From positions 11,098,001 through 11,162,000 of the forward strand of contig NC_087436.1 in NCBI RefSeq assembly GCF_036321535.1: a DNA stretch of 64,000 nt, given 5' to 3'. Source of the stretch: Camelus dromedarius. Lineage: Eukaryota. Below are positions 25,779-36,364 of the stretch, piece after piece (position 1 is the first letter of the stretch; every line of letters begins with the position of its first letter). The position numbers were made by a program, and so were the translations under genes. Under the pieces are notes generated by a model that saw only the letters and a list, made by a program, of their open reading frames with translations, did not search any database and was not told the DNA's origin.

Positions 25779-25918
25779 CTTGGCCAGCAAATTCAGTTTC
25801 TCTCCTTGATAAAAGCTGAATGAGAAGTTTCTAACCAGGGCTTGTAAAGACTCACAAAGGATGAGGCAGCACGTGGAGTTCCGTGGAAGATGACATCACC
25901 ACCTCATCCCCGTCCAGC
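25779..25918 (-). pseudogene. Candidate exon, 140 nt, phase 1-0: WTGMRW*CHLPRNSTCCLILCESLQALVRNFSFSFYQGEKLNLLAK (alternative exon end at 25856 gives LDGDEVVMSSSTELHVLPHP)
   Basis: Acceptor cttcaccttccag; donors AAG|gtgagg or TT|gtgagt; original frame ambiguous. Confidence 0.5.
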
Positions 25919-26791
25919 CTGGAAGGTGAAGTGGAAGGCAATGTTCCCCTTGCATTTCTTTTTCACTTTGCTGACACACCCGGAGGGTGAATGCTCCAAG
26001 TGTGGATGGTTTCCAGTTGTTCAGTCTTCCCTGTCTATGCCGACCTGGGAAGGCTTTCTTTTTTCTGCTCTGCCACCTCCCTGGTCTTTGAAAGAAAGAA
26101 CGCAACTGCAAGGTAACTGTAATCAGAAAGCCAACCACTGTTTTCGAACAGCCTTGATTTGACATGCAGTAGAAACTAGAGATAAAGCACTAAGAGAAGA
26201 TTATAAATAGCAATTCACCAGCCCACCCACTCCCCTGTATTAACAGTCACGTCCAGTGTCTGAGTGCTTAAGAGCAGTCTGACTCGACTAGCCACTTCAG
26301 AATAATATTTTCCAGCACAAAAGTTAAGGGATTTGGTCTTCTGTGTCTTATTTGAGCTGTTATCTATATATCAGTGAAACAGGAAAAGTACGCTGGACTA
26401 CTTCCAAATTGAAAATCCTCTCTCCTGGCTCAGCAGAGAGGAGCTCTCTAGCCCATCGTGACTCTGTTCACAGAGTAAACCCCGTCCTGTCTACTCAACT
26501 CGGCTTCTCCTCCAGAGGACGTGGGAGCAGATGCATAAGCCAGTGAAACTTATCCTTCCCGGCCAGACTTAATTCCTTCGTTTACTCCTTTCAGCTAGTC
26601 TAGCCCATGGTCAAGGCTACTCTAGACTTTACAGATGATCTGAAATCTCCCAAAGTGTTAACTTGTTTGATGTAGATTTCTGGTTCACATACAATTATTT
26701 TCTGTATCAAATTATTCAATGTGGTCTCTCTCCCACTCTGAACAAATGCCACCCACACCAATGCTCTGGGTAAAAATTCCAACCTACTTAC

Positions 26792-26930
26792 TTGTCTCCT
26801 GTTTTGATATTTAATTCTCACTACTTTAGGCAATATATGAAAATAAATCCTCATCTTCCAAGTCACCATCTCCTTCATGAAGCATTCCATGATTTTTACA
26901 TTGAGTTGTTTCTGCTACTAACTTCTGCAC
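26792..26930 (-). pseudogene. Candidate exon, 139 nt, phase 0-1: VQKLVAETTQCKNHGMLHEGDGDLEDEDLFSYIA*SSEN*ISKQET
   Basis: Consensus acceptor ttcccttctttcag|G and donor CAA|gtaagt. Confidence 0.55.
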
Positions 26931-27006
26931 CTGAAAGAAGGGAAATCAGTTTCGGAACTCGATGCTATATACTGGGCATTCCAAAATCTCTGTTTCTAAA
27001 ATATGT

Positions 27007-27046
27007 GTCTACTGCCACACCACCCTGAATGCGCCCGGTCTCATCT
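27007..27046 (+). pseudogene. 3'-truncated 5S rRNA retrocopy (first 40 nt)
   Basis: gtctactgccacaccaccctgaatgcgcccggtctcatct versus 5S GTCTACGGCCATACCACCCTGAACGCGCCCGATCTCGTCT (5 mismatches); flanked by direct repeat tctaaaatatgtgtct. Confidence 0.85.
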
Positions 27047-27370
27047 AAAATATGTGTCTGGCATGTTTCTTATATCTTGAAAAACACAATAATTATTTGT
27101 AAATAATGTTTGAGTTCACTCAATATAAAGAAATAAAAATTAAAACAAGCTATCAATGTTGGCTTATAAAACTAGCAAATTATTAAAATTAATTAATAAT
27201 AAATTAATAAGTTCAATTAAAAAAAACTAGTGATTAAATGGTAAAATGTGCATTCTCGTGGTCCTCATTGGCCCAAAATAGTGAATCTACTCAAAAAACA
27301 CAGACTTCCTTTCTTTTAAAGCCTGTTTATCTTAAGTAAACCCAAGTCCTGCTAACTCATTCTGTCTTAC

Positions 27371-27602
27371 TCCCTCTAACAATATGAATTGATTATCTTC
27401 AAAAAAGTCATCAAAAACAAAAGTAAAGAACCCAACTTTATTATCCTTTTAATAAAGCAGAGATATAGTAAATTTACCACCATCAAAATAAAAAGCTATT
27501 AATTAGAACTCTTTGTGTATGTTGATGACAGACAATTTATTATCCCAATTCTCCAGGACCTTCGTAAAGAATTTTTTTAAATTCTTATCAACACACTGTT
27601 GC
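27371..27602 (-). pseudogene. Candidate exon, 232 nt, phase 2-0: QQCVDKNLKKFFTKVLENWDNKLSVINIHKEF*LIAFYFDGGKFTISLLY*KDNKVGFFTFVFDDFFEDNQFILLEG
   Basis: Acceptor ttttattatcatag, donor GGA|gtaaga; phase matches both neighbours; two TAA stops. Confidence 0.55.
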
Positions 27603-27715
27603 CTATGATAATAAAATACAGAGAAGTTCCTAGTATTCTAACTTAATGACACACAAAGGAGATGTCACTTTGTCATGCAAAGGTGCTCCTGCCCCTCGTT
27701 CACTGACCCTCTTAC

Positions 27716-27826
27716 AGGTGAGATAATACCCCTTCTAATCTGAGCAAGCAAAGAAATTCAATGAATGTCACTGTAGCCAGAAGTACGGAATCATCCAAGT
27801 TGGACAAGAGCTGGGACTGAGAGTTG
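27716..27826 (-). pseudogene. Candidate exon, 111 nt, phase 2-2, open: NSQSQLLSNLDDSVLLATVTFIEFLCLLRLEGVLSH
   Basis: Acceptor acgtttttag, donor CCT|gtaaga. Confidence 0.55.
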
Positions 27827-27893
27827 CTAAAAACGTAGCAGCAAGGGAATTAACGAAATGAAACACGGTATAAAAGTATTTGTAGTCTCTTAC

Positions 27894-28058
27894 TGTCTAA
27901 ACTTCATCATATGCAGATTTGAAAACATCCATCAAGAAGAAGCATCTGGCAAAGAGACTGTATATCAAACAAGGATGAGGAGATTCCAAATAAGGAGTTT
28001 GTGCCTCTATCTTTGCAAAGAAAACCTCTTTCTTATCTGCAAAGCTGGGTTTCTTTAT
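27894..28058 (-). pseudogene. Candidate exon, 165 nt: IKKPSFADKKEVFFAKIEAQTPYLESPHPCLIYSLFARCFFLMDVFKSAYDEV*
   Basis: Strong acceptor ctctctttctctcatag, donor ACA|gtaaga; 53 open codons then TAG. Confidence 0.6.
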
Positions 28059-28094
28059 CTATGAGAGAAAGAGAGAGGGGAATGCTGTTAGCAA

Positions 28095-29265
28095 TCACTG
28101 AACGGATGAGATATGGAGAACAGGGTGAGTATATCTGACCTGTCAGATTGAATTGGCGCTTCATAAGGAGAAGAGATAGAAGAGAGCAGAGAAAATATTT
28201 GGAGAGATAACAATTGAAAAATATCCAGAACCGATTCAACACTCCAAGACACAGATTCGAAAAACCACGTGAACATTTAGCAGAATTTCTTTTTTTAACG
28301 TCATTTCATAGTATAGCTAAGAAACATGACAAAGAACATAGAAAAAGAGAAACAAAGAGACAAAAAGGATCTTAAAGTCAACTCAAGAAAAAAGAAAAAT
28401 TACTTACAAAGAAAGAAGTATCAGACTGACATCTGATTTCCCAATAAAAACAATACAATCTAGAAAACAGTGGAATTGTATTTTCAAAATGTTGATAGTA
28501 ACAACTCACCATCTAGAAGTCTGTAAACAGCAAAGCTACCTTTCAAAAAAAGAATAAATCATGTCTTTTCAGACCAAACAAATGAGAGCTTATAATTTAA
28601 AAATCTCCACTAAGCTTTTAAGGAATGTTTTAGGATTTTTAAAAAACCCCAGAAGGAATAAGTAAAATGTACCCCCCCCAAAAAAAGACAAATGAACAAA
28701 GAAAATGGTAAACATAGTGAAGTCTAAATAAATGATGACTGTATGAAGTATCAGTTGATGTTAGAGCATTTAGAAAGTCCTTGTTTGGTTTGGGAAGAGA
28801 ATAAAGTTATTAGACATAAACTTAGTTGTATGTAATATGCACATTTAATTTTTTAGCGTAACAGAGTTTCCAAAACAATATAATTTTCAAACCGGGAGAA
28901 AATGGAACAAACCCAAAATCTAAAAAAATAAAATTTTATCCAAGAAAAGGCAAGAAAGAAAAACAAACACAGAAAATGTAGGATAAATAGAAATAGACAG
29001 CAATAACTTCAAACTGATCAAATGTATATATTTTTTATGCACACCAATAACATAGTTTCAAAATACATAAAGCAAAAAAATAAAGAAACTGAATCTCAAG
29101 AAGAAACCGACAAATATAATACCAGGGCAGATTTTAATACAGCCTTCTCAGTAATTGATATTGATTCCTTGAAGTAACTACTCCATTTCTAAATTTTGAA
29201 ACTTAAAAAACATGCTTCTATATAATTCATGGTTTCACAGCTAAAAATTAATTAGCCAATTTTCT
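28095..29265 (+). mobile_element. Old L1 fragment (ORF1 to early ORF2, L1MC/ME-like)
   Basis: A-rich degenerate ORF1-like motifs (gaaaatatttggagagataacaattgaaaa; tcagactgacatctgatttc). Confidence 0.6.
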
Positions 29266-29278
29266 CACTTAATAACTA

Positions 29279-29296
29279 GAAAGAAAGAGAAAGAAA

Positions 29297-29388
<92 letters not shown>

Positions 29389-29448
29389 AGGAAGGAAGGA
29401 AGGAAGGAAGGAAGGAAGGAAGGAAGGAAGGAAGGAAGGAAGGAAGGA
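29279..29448. repeat. Compound (GAAA)n(GGAA)n microsatellite
   Basis: Seen directly; about 170 bp of pure purine sequence. Confidence 0.95.
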
Positions 29449-30639
29449 GAATGAAGAAAGAAAGACAGACCAAAACAAGCCATTTACTCCAAAATCTCCA
29501 AAACTGCCTGTGCTTGGAGGTGGAAAATATATCATGTTAACTGTAAGATTACAGTTCAAGGAATGACAATTCAATTCCTTGTCCCCTTAAATCCATGAAT
29601 TTACCACTCTGGAGCCACTTCTATGTCATTTGTAACTACCATCATGATATCTCTCAACTGACTCGACAGCACAGACAGAGAACCCAAAATTTATGGAGCT
29701 TCTACTGCCCTACATGTTTACACATAATATTTCATTTACTTTTCCTGTAACTGCCTTTCTGCAGATGAAGAAAATTATAATTAAAGAGATTAAACCAGCC
29801 ACCCGTGGCCATCCATTTCCTGGGTGTCCATCTACATGGTTTGCACAGAGGATTTCTCTCCATTTAACTCTAACAGCCCGGTTATCTGGGAATTGGAATC
29901 ACTACATCACCCTGGAGGGCAAAAGAGACAAGTCACTATAGATAGACTTTCATATTTTTTAAATAAAATAATATGTGGAAACTAAGATATGTAGTTGTAT
30001 TTGGAAGAAATATATTTATAATTATTAATTGTGAGATATTTTCACATTGATTGGAAGGGTCAAAAATGATGTAACAATGGTATAAATTATCAAAAGTTGC
30101 GCATCCCCTAAAAAGACGTCAATCAGAATAACAAAACTTTTTACTTCTTTAAGTTGGAAAGGTCATATTTCTCGTTTATTATTCCCCTCATAGAATAAAT
30201 TGACTTAATTTCTTCATTTTTAATTAAATTTTGGCTCACTAATAGTCCATTACTGACAAAAGTGGCATAATTTATTGTTTTATAGGGAAGAATAAAATAT
30301 GCAAGTTTGTCTTCAGTGACAATATATTCTATTTAGTATTTGGGTGTGATCTCATTTTTCAGTAATAATTTCTCACGGACATTTAGAGCCTAATTCGCCA
30401 GGAAACTCAGCTGTGAGGGAAAATGTCATATTCTCCTTCCCTAAGGCCTTCCTAACTTCCGCAGTGAATATATTATCCTACTTTTAGCCATTTCATGATA
30501 GTCCAGTAACATTTCAGCTTGTTCTAAAAATAAAGAACTTTTAATGAGAATCACCAAGATATTTCAAAGCTGGTCTAAAGGTGGTGCTATCTCACTGGTC
30601 TCCTGGGAGTCCCTGCCTGGTTCACACCTGTCCCTTTAC

Positions 30640-30818
30640 CTTTGACCCCAACTGTCTCTTGGCCATAACTGAATATTTATAACTTGTTAAAAATTGTTTC
30701 TTTTCACTTTTGTTTCCTTTTTTCTGAACTGTCTGATTTTGCTCATCTCTGGGGTGCTTCAATTTGTAATTCTGTGGAAACCAGCTGGACTGCTCATTTT
30801 TGACATTATCCAAAACTT
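30640..30818 (-). pseudogene. Candidate exon, 179 nt, phase 1-0, open: EVLDNVKNEQSSWFPQNYKLKHPRDEQNQTVQKKGNKSEKKQFLTSYKYSVMAKRQLGSK
   Basis: Acceptor ttttattaag, donor AAG|gtaaag; coincides with ORF 30622..30813. Confidence 0.5.
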
Positions 30819-30909
30819 CTTAATAAAACTTGAAAAAGTCTCAGCTTTCATACATGCAAGTTTAAGTCGTGGTACCGTAAATTAGAACCTATCAGGCTAA
30901 GATACTTAC

Positions 30910-30943
30910 CACCACTTTTCAACCCTAGCAAACAGACCGAGGT
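30910..30943 (-). pseudogene. Candidate small exon, 34 nt, phase 0-1: TSVCLLGLKSG (alternative 15-nt form 30910-30924)
   Basis: Acceptor gccttatcag, consensus donor GTG|gtaagt; phase matches both neighbours. Confidence 0.45.
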
Positions 30944-30977
30944 CTGATAAGGCATTTATGAGATGTAAAGAATGAGC

Positions 30978-31229
30978 TGGGGGAAAGAGGTGGAAAGGAA
31001 TACATTTGGGAGTTTGAGATTTGCAAATGTTAACCACTATATATAAAAATAGATTAAAAAATAAACTTCTTCTGTACAGCACAGGGAGCTATAGTCAATA
31101 TCTTGTAATAACCTTTAATGAGAAAGAATATGGAAATGAATATATGTATGTATATGCATGACTGGGACATTGTGCTGTACATCAGAAATTGACACATTGA
31201 AACTGACTATACTTCAATTAAAAAAAAAT
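30978..31229 (+). mobile_element. L1 3' end
   Basis: tgggagtttgagatttgcaaatg...ctgactatacttcaattaaaaaaaa. Confidence 0.8.
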
Positions 31230-31509
31230 GAAAGGAGCAGAACAGAACAGGTTCAGATTTCAGTATCACCACAACTTTGACAGCAGGACAGAATATTTTA
31301 CGAACTTAAACTAAAGATCCCCTTGGAGGAAAAAAAATCCTTCAATCATGGCATCATAGAAGGCATAATATCACACCACAGAGCAGCAAGTGTGGTGCTC
31401 ACTTTGCCTTAAAAATACAAAACATAGTCTGTGGACTGATTTTATGAGTCATCCCTGTGTCTGCAGACAAGACTGTAAGGTGATCATCGCGACCCGGTTA
31501 GCACCATCA

Positions 31510-32025
31510 ACCTTCTCCCCGCCCCCACAGGAGCAATGATCTTTTTAAAATATCAGTTCTGTATTCAAGCCTTACAGTGTTTTTCCGTCTTGGTAGAATA
31601 AAATCCAAAATGCTGACCAGAACCTGCAAAAACTAGTCGTGACCCGGCCCCTGAGGTCCTCTCTGATGTCATCTACTTCCACTGCCTCCAGCTTCTTTAG
31701 GTCCAGCCACGGAGGTCCCCTTGCTGTCCCTCACACATGCCTCAAGGCCATCGTAAAACTCTCACCTCAGCCCCGGATGTGGGGGTGGCTATCCCAGACC
31801 CACACAGCTCCCGGCTGTTTGTCTCAGCCTACCTGCTCTGTTTCTTTTTTCTGCATTTTAGACCTAGAATATAGCTATTGATTTTTTTTTTTTTTTTTTT
31901 TTTTTTTTGGTCTGCCTTCCTCTGCTGGGATGTAAACTGATAAAAATGAAGCCGTTGTTTTGTTCAACGGTGCACTTCCCGCACCTGGAAGAGTATCCGG
32001 CACAAAGTAGGCTCTCAGTAAATCT
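31510..32025 (+). mobile_element. L2 3' portion
   Basis: tgtaaactga...gcacctggaagagtatccggcacaaagtaggctctcagtaaat. Confidence 0.55.
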
Positions 32026-32028
32026 TAC

Positions 32029-32108
32029 CTGAGAATGAAGAAATGCAAAAGTGAGCATAGTCCTCTACTTGGCTCCCATTAGGTATTCAGACAGTATTTC
32101 TGAGTCCT
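32029..32108 (-). pseudogene. Candidate exon, 80 nt, phase 1-0: QDSEILSEYLMGAK*RTMLTFAFLHSQ
   Basis: Acceptor ccctcattacag, donor CAG|gtaaga; phase matches both neighbours. Confidence 0.5.
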
Positions 32109-32468
32109 CTGTAATGAGGGCAAGGTTGTCAATGTGATCATCAGAGAAATTAAGCAGTACTGAGCAGAAATGAATGCTGTTCACACGCTGGTACTCTCTG
32201 ATTGTAAGTTGCACGCAGCCACTCGGGAGGGTATTGGGATAATACAGAGTGAGCAGATTAGGGTAAACACACAAAAACAGAGCAGAGAAAATGGCTCAGA
32301 GAGCATGTACGAACTGAACAGTACGACATCAGATACGTGCTCCTTGAAGCTTGCTATGTTTTAAAAACTGCTGGTCTCAGTCCACCTCCCATCCCTACTC
32401 AGACCAAAAACCTGATTCTACCTGTTGCGGTGTGTTCAATCAAATCCAACAAATTTCACCTCACTTAC

Positions 32469-32936
32469 GATTGAAAACTTTATCTCCGAAAGATAATCAA
32501 GTGCAGATACCCCTACCACAATGCAGTAACTGTCGCTTTGCCACGGCTCTCTTCACCTTCTCGCTGGTGACCTTCCTTTTACAGAGCTCATGTGTGGGAG
32601 AGAGGGAATGGCACAATGGGGGACAAGGGATGGACCTGGCCACCCCTCCTTTGAATACACAGCTGTCCCAGGACTGCTGCAGGGACCTTCTAAGGCTAAG
32701 GAACTCAACTGCTAAGAAACTCAGCTCCATCTCAGAGGAGTCTGGTGTCAGTCCTTCTGTGAGGTGTACTGGAGGGTCTAAGGTGCCCAGCCGAACCCAT
32801 CCTGAAGTCCACTTTTGACCATCTTAAAGGGACCCTCTCATTCCACCTCCTTGTTCTCAGACCCAGAGCATCGGTTCACTCCATAACCTTGGGTGGGATT
32901 GTCATTTAGAAAACTCAGGAGAAGTAGTTACCATGA
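32469..32936 (-). pseudogene. Candidate exon, 468 nt, phase 1-1, four stops: ...GWVRLGTLDPPVHLTEGLTPDSSEMELSFLAVEFLSLRRSLQQSWDSCVFKGG...LLHCGRGICT*LSFGDKVFN
   Basis: Very long polypyrimidine tract ending cttgcctccag, consensus donor C|gtaagt, length divisible by 3. Confidence 0.55.
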
Positions 32937-33214
32937 CTGGAGGCAAGAAGTGAGGAAAGAGGGGGAAAAGGAAGAAAAAAAAAAAAAACAATAAGAATGT
33001 GCCTTTAATTTAGTAGCTTCAGGATGTAGTTCTCAGCTGTGAGCAATCTCTGTTGGACGTTTGCACTTAGCCGTGGACAAGGGAACCAGTCAATACCCTT
33101 GGGGCTGAAAGAGGAAAGGGAATGCATCTCTCCATCACATTTCCTGTCACCAGGTGCAAATATTAACACTAGAGAAGCCCCATCTTCTTCAGAATGCTCC
33201 CGGTAATTTCCACC

Positions 33215-33385
33215 ATATATTATTTATTTAATGCGTACTACATACCAAGCATTGAATAAAGTTTTACAAGTATTATCTCATTTAAACCTTGAGACGATCT
33301 CCTGAAAGAGGTACTTGACATCCATTTTGCACATGAACCAGAGGCTCAGAGGAGCGTGGTAGGGTATTCAAGGCCATGTTGTAGT
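33215..33385 (-). mobile_element. MIR SINE
   Basis: ttatctcatttaa...ccattttgcacatgaaccagaggctcagagga. Confidence 0.6.
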
Positions 33386-33772
33386 AGGTCCTTTTGCATC
33401 CTCTTTCTCCCCACTCCACACTTGCTCTTGCTTTTCCCAGTGTAGCCCAACGTGTCTGTCTTGCAGCATATTGTGTTCTGATGTGCACACAGTGTTTTAC
33501 TGTAGGGTCACTAAAGCAGTGTCGCCCTGATGTCATAAACCACTGAGGCAGTGGCTGCAAATCGACCAGTGTGAGACTTTAAGTCAAGGGCATGTGGAAA
33601 AATGGCGGCATCTGAATTTATTCTGAAGACCTGTTTTGTTTTGACAACATGGTGCTTTGTTTTGATTTTTTTTTAATGTTTTTAGGCAGGTGGTAGGCTT
33701 GTCAGTTTGAAGTTTCTACCACCCCCATCTGATTCACACCCCTGTTGCCTCCACACACTCTCTCCCCCACAC

Positions 33773-33877
33773 AGATTTTGAAAGAACTTGAGGTCGAACC
33801 CTCTGATGAAAGTCAATCATAAATCCATGGAAACTAGTAGTCCTCTGAGTTGTCTGATTTAAAATCGTTGTCTATTC
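33773..33877 (-). pseudogene. Candidate exon, about 105 nt, phase 1-1: IDNDFKSDNSEDY*FPWIYD*LSSEGSTSSSFKI
   Basis: Acceptor gttttctcaatag. The donor is weak (T|gtgtgg), so the 3' end is uncertain. Confidence 0.3.
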
Positions 33878-34105
33878 CTATTGAGAAAACACTTCATTTG
33901 GAAGAGAATGGAAGGGAAAAAAAAAAAAGACCCACAGAAGCTGTTCAAATAGTGGCATGGGTGGGGAAAATTTAGACCTAAGGCCAAAAAGAACTTCTAA
34001 AATAGGAAAAATTAAGTAAAAGTGAACACCACACCAGCTGTCCAACGTTAGGTCTTGATCCAAGTCACAAATGTCAAAAGAAACCAGCACAACTAAAATA
34101 AAACT

Positions 34106-34580
34106 ACAAATCTTCCTCCACTTACCAGGGGTTACGCCCCCAGCCTCCCATTGACAGTGGAATATAGGTAAGTCAAATATGCCTTGAAAACGTCTCACAT
34201 ACTGAACATCCTAGTTTAGCCTCGCTGACCTTACATATGCTCAGAACACTTACGTTAGCCTACAGTTGGGCACAATCATCCAACACGAGGCCTATTTTAT
34301 AATGGAGTGTTGAATATCTCATGTAATTTATTGAATATTGCCCTGAGAGTGAAAAACAGAGTGGCTCTCTACCCTCATGATGGCAGGGTTGCCTGGGCGC
34401 TGCGCTCACTGCCGCTCGCTGGCCAGCATCATGGGAGAGGACCTACCCAGATCACTAGCCCAGGAAACGACTAAAGTCCAAAACTCAAAATTCAAAGTAC
34501 CATTCCTACTGAAGGCCTCTCACTTTCGCAACATCATAAAGTTGAAAAATCGTAAGTCAAACTGTAAACGGAAGACTGCA
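34106..34580. mobile_element. MER47/Tigger-like non-autonomous DNA transposon
   Basis: acgttagcctacagttgggc...gtgttgaatatctcatgtaatttattgaata...gttgaaaaatcgtaagtc, with degenerate inverted termini (acttac/gtaagt). Confidence 0.7.
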
Positions 34581-35898
34581 CTTATTTGATTTTATCTTCT
34601 TTTGGTGTAAGATCTGAGGTATCCCCAAGTTTGTAGCTCTCTTTCCACGAGAGCTCAGTTTCATGTGCAAGAATGACTCAGATCTCCTGCTCAGATTAAA
34701 GCAGATGGAAGAAGTGTCCCCCGCCTAGAACTGGAGTGCAACAGCCCTGCTTGCCAGAGATGCTCTGGTTAAACCTCTGACCCCCTAGACTGAGGCAGCT
34801 CTCCAGATGCTGACTATCTCAACAGGCAGAGACACAGACGATCTGCAGCAGGATCATTGGCTAAATAGTAGATTCCTAGCCACTCCTCTCCCCCCACCCT
34901 CCCTATGCATGATTTCTCAATTGGAATCTCCAATGAGATCTCGGAATCTGCTTTTTAACAAACATCATCATATGCTTTTATGATCACTCACCGTGGGAAT
35001 CACTGCCTTAGACTCAAGCCACAGCTTGCTCTGCCTCACTTCATTTGATCTTGACCTTCCTGAACCTTCAGTTCTTACCAGATTCCTCTTCCTGAAATGA
35101 ACACTAGACACAATGCCTTCAGGTGCCCTCTGTTCTCTTTCTGCCTAATCTCCAGCATAACAAGGTGATTATATTTTATAATTGCTCCTACTGTCCATCC
35201 TCCAGCCTGGTACTGAAATAACTGTCCTGTTAAGTCATCATGAGCAGCGCCTATGAGTCTAGAAACTACAAAGTGGGGTGCTTTTACCAGCTAGCTCTTC
35301 CCTATAAAATGGTGGAAGGAAACACTTCCCAAAGTAAGTGAAGGACAGTCACTTGACAGATACGATAGATCAGGTACAGACACACAATAAATAGTTTTCC
35401 TACCCGGAGGGAAAACAAAACAACAACAACAACTTTGGTGGATTTGGTGCCTGCCAACCTTTAAATCTTTATGAGGAGTAATTTATTTTATGGTTCCTTC
35501 CGTTGTATCCTTGCAATCAATGAGCAAACTATTGCATTACATTTGCCCAGTTTTTCTATCAAGACCACAGAATAAATGAGCCATTGAATGACTAGGTATA
35601 TATTGTTTTTAAATAGATTGAAAATGTATGTAAATAATTCTGTCTCCTGAGCTTAGGTGGTGTACAAAGATGTTTAAGGGTGATCACCATAATGCAAAAT
35701 TCATGACAACTCATTTGCTGTAATAGCAACTCTGAGTCACAATGAAGAATTGAAGACACATAGAGGAAACAGCTTCAGTAGGAGAGTGACCTATGAGTAC
35801 AAAAATTTTTTAAGTCACCAAGTTCTCTGTTAACCTCAGTAGCACAAGGGTTGCACTGTCATTTCGTCCCAGGTGGCCAATTGTAATGCAGGCCTCAC

Positions 35899-36036
35899 CA
35901 GAGAACTGAAATGCACTGGTTTGCAGCACATGGCATTCTGTACAAGTCTCAGAATTGTGGAGAATCTCCGATGGTGGTGGAAAGGTTAATTTTCCCAGTG
36001 TCACATCCCATTAGAACACACACCATTCCACGTCAG
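35899..36036 (-). pseudogene. Candidate exon, 138 nt, phase 1-1: DVEWCVF*WDVTLGKLTFPPPSEILHNSETCTECHVLQTSAFQFS
   Basis: Acceptor tgtttgttcag, donor TG|gtgagg, one stop; overlaps ORF 35810..36004. Confidence 0.45.
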
Positions 36037-36364
36037 CTGAACAAACACTGATTCTGCAAACAAAACAAGTAATAATGATAAAGGACAGCAGTAGGTAGAG
36101 AAGCTAAAGAGCTAATTTGAAGAATAGCACTCAACCTTTCTAGCAGGTAACTTGGAAAGAACTATCAAAATTCTAAGCTGCACGTATCTTTTGACTGTCA
36201 GAAACGTATTTGCACTAACAAATAAGATGCATATATAAAGCTGTTCATAGCAGCCTTATTTGCAATTAAAATCCTTAGAATACTTTAAACTTTAATCTGT
36301 ACAAACTAGGCTAAAAATCCAGGGTATCTATTCTACTGAGTGGCCATTAAAAAATATGTATAAT

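Larger units (their letters stand above)
24758..36036 (-). pseudogene. Core of a decayed multi-exon protein-coding gene (candidate unitary pseudogene); parent protein unidentified
   Basis: 13 AG..GT-bounded segments read by hand on the minus strand. Intron phases match across most consecutive junctions. The nine exons from 32936 to 25779 total 1548 nt (516 codons) with 11 in-frame stops, against at least 24 expected at 3/64 per codon. One junction among them needs a 1-nt frameshift. Confidence 0.6.

Noticed and set aside
29265..29574. ORFs with FLSF/FLPS repeats
   Set aside because: Translations of the microsatellite.
27894..33877. Faint resemblance of some peptides (GIDND, FARCFF, HCGRGI) to M24-peptidase-fold proteins such as DNAAF9/C20orf194 or SPT16
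   Set aside because: Only a few residues recalled from memory, and the motif order is not convincing; no gene symbol assigned.
34125..34181. Apparent minus-strand exon with a perfect gtaagt donor (GIFDLPIFHCQWEAGGVTP), in phase with the next candidate exon
   Set aside because: It lies in the terminus of the MER47/Tigger-like element, whose ends contain acttac/gtaagt. This shows that chance phase matches do occur.
35069..35560. Possible micro-exons (near 35070 and 35290) and an exon near 35400-35555 on the minus strand
   Set aside because: Several mutually exclusive readings; cannot be resolved without a homolog.
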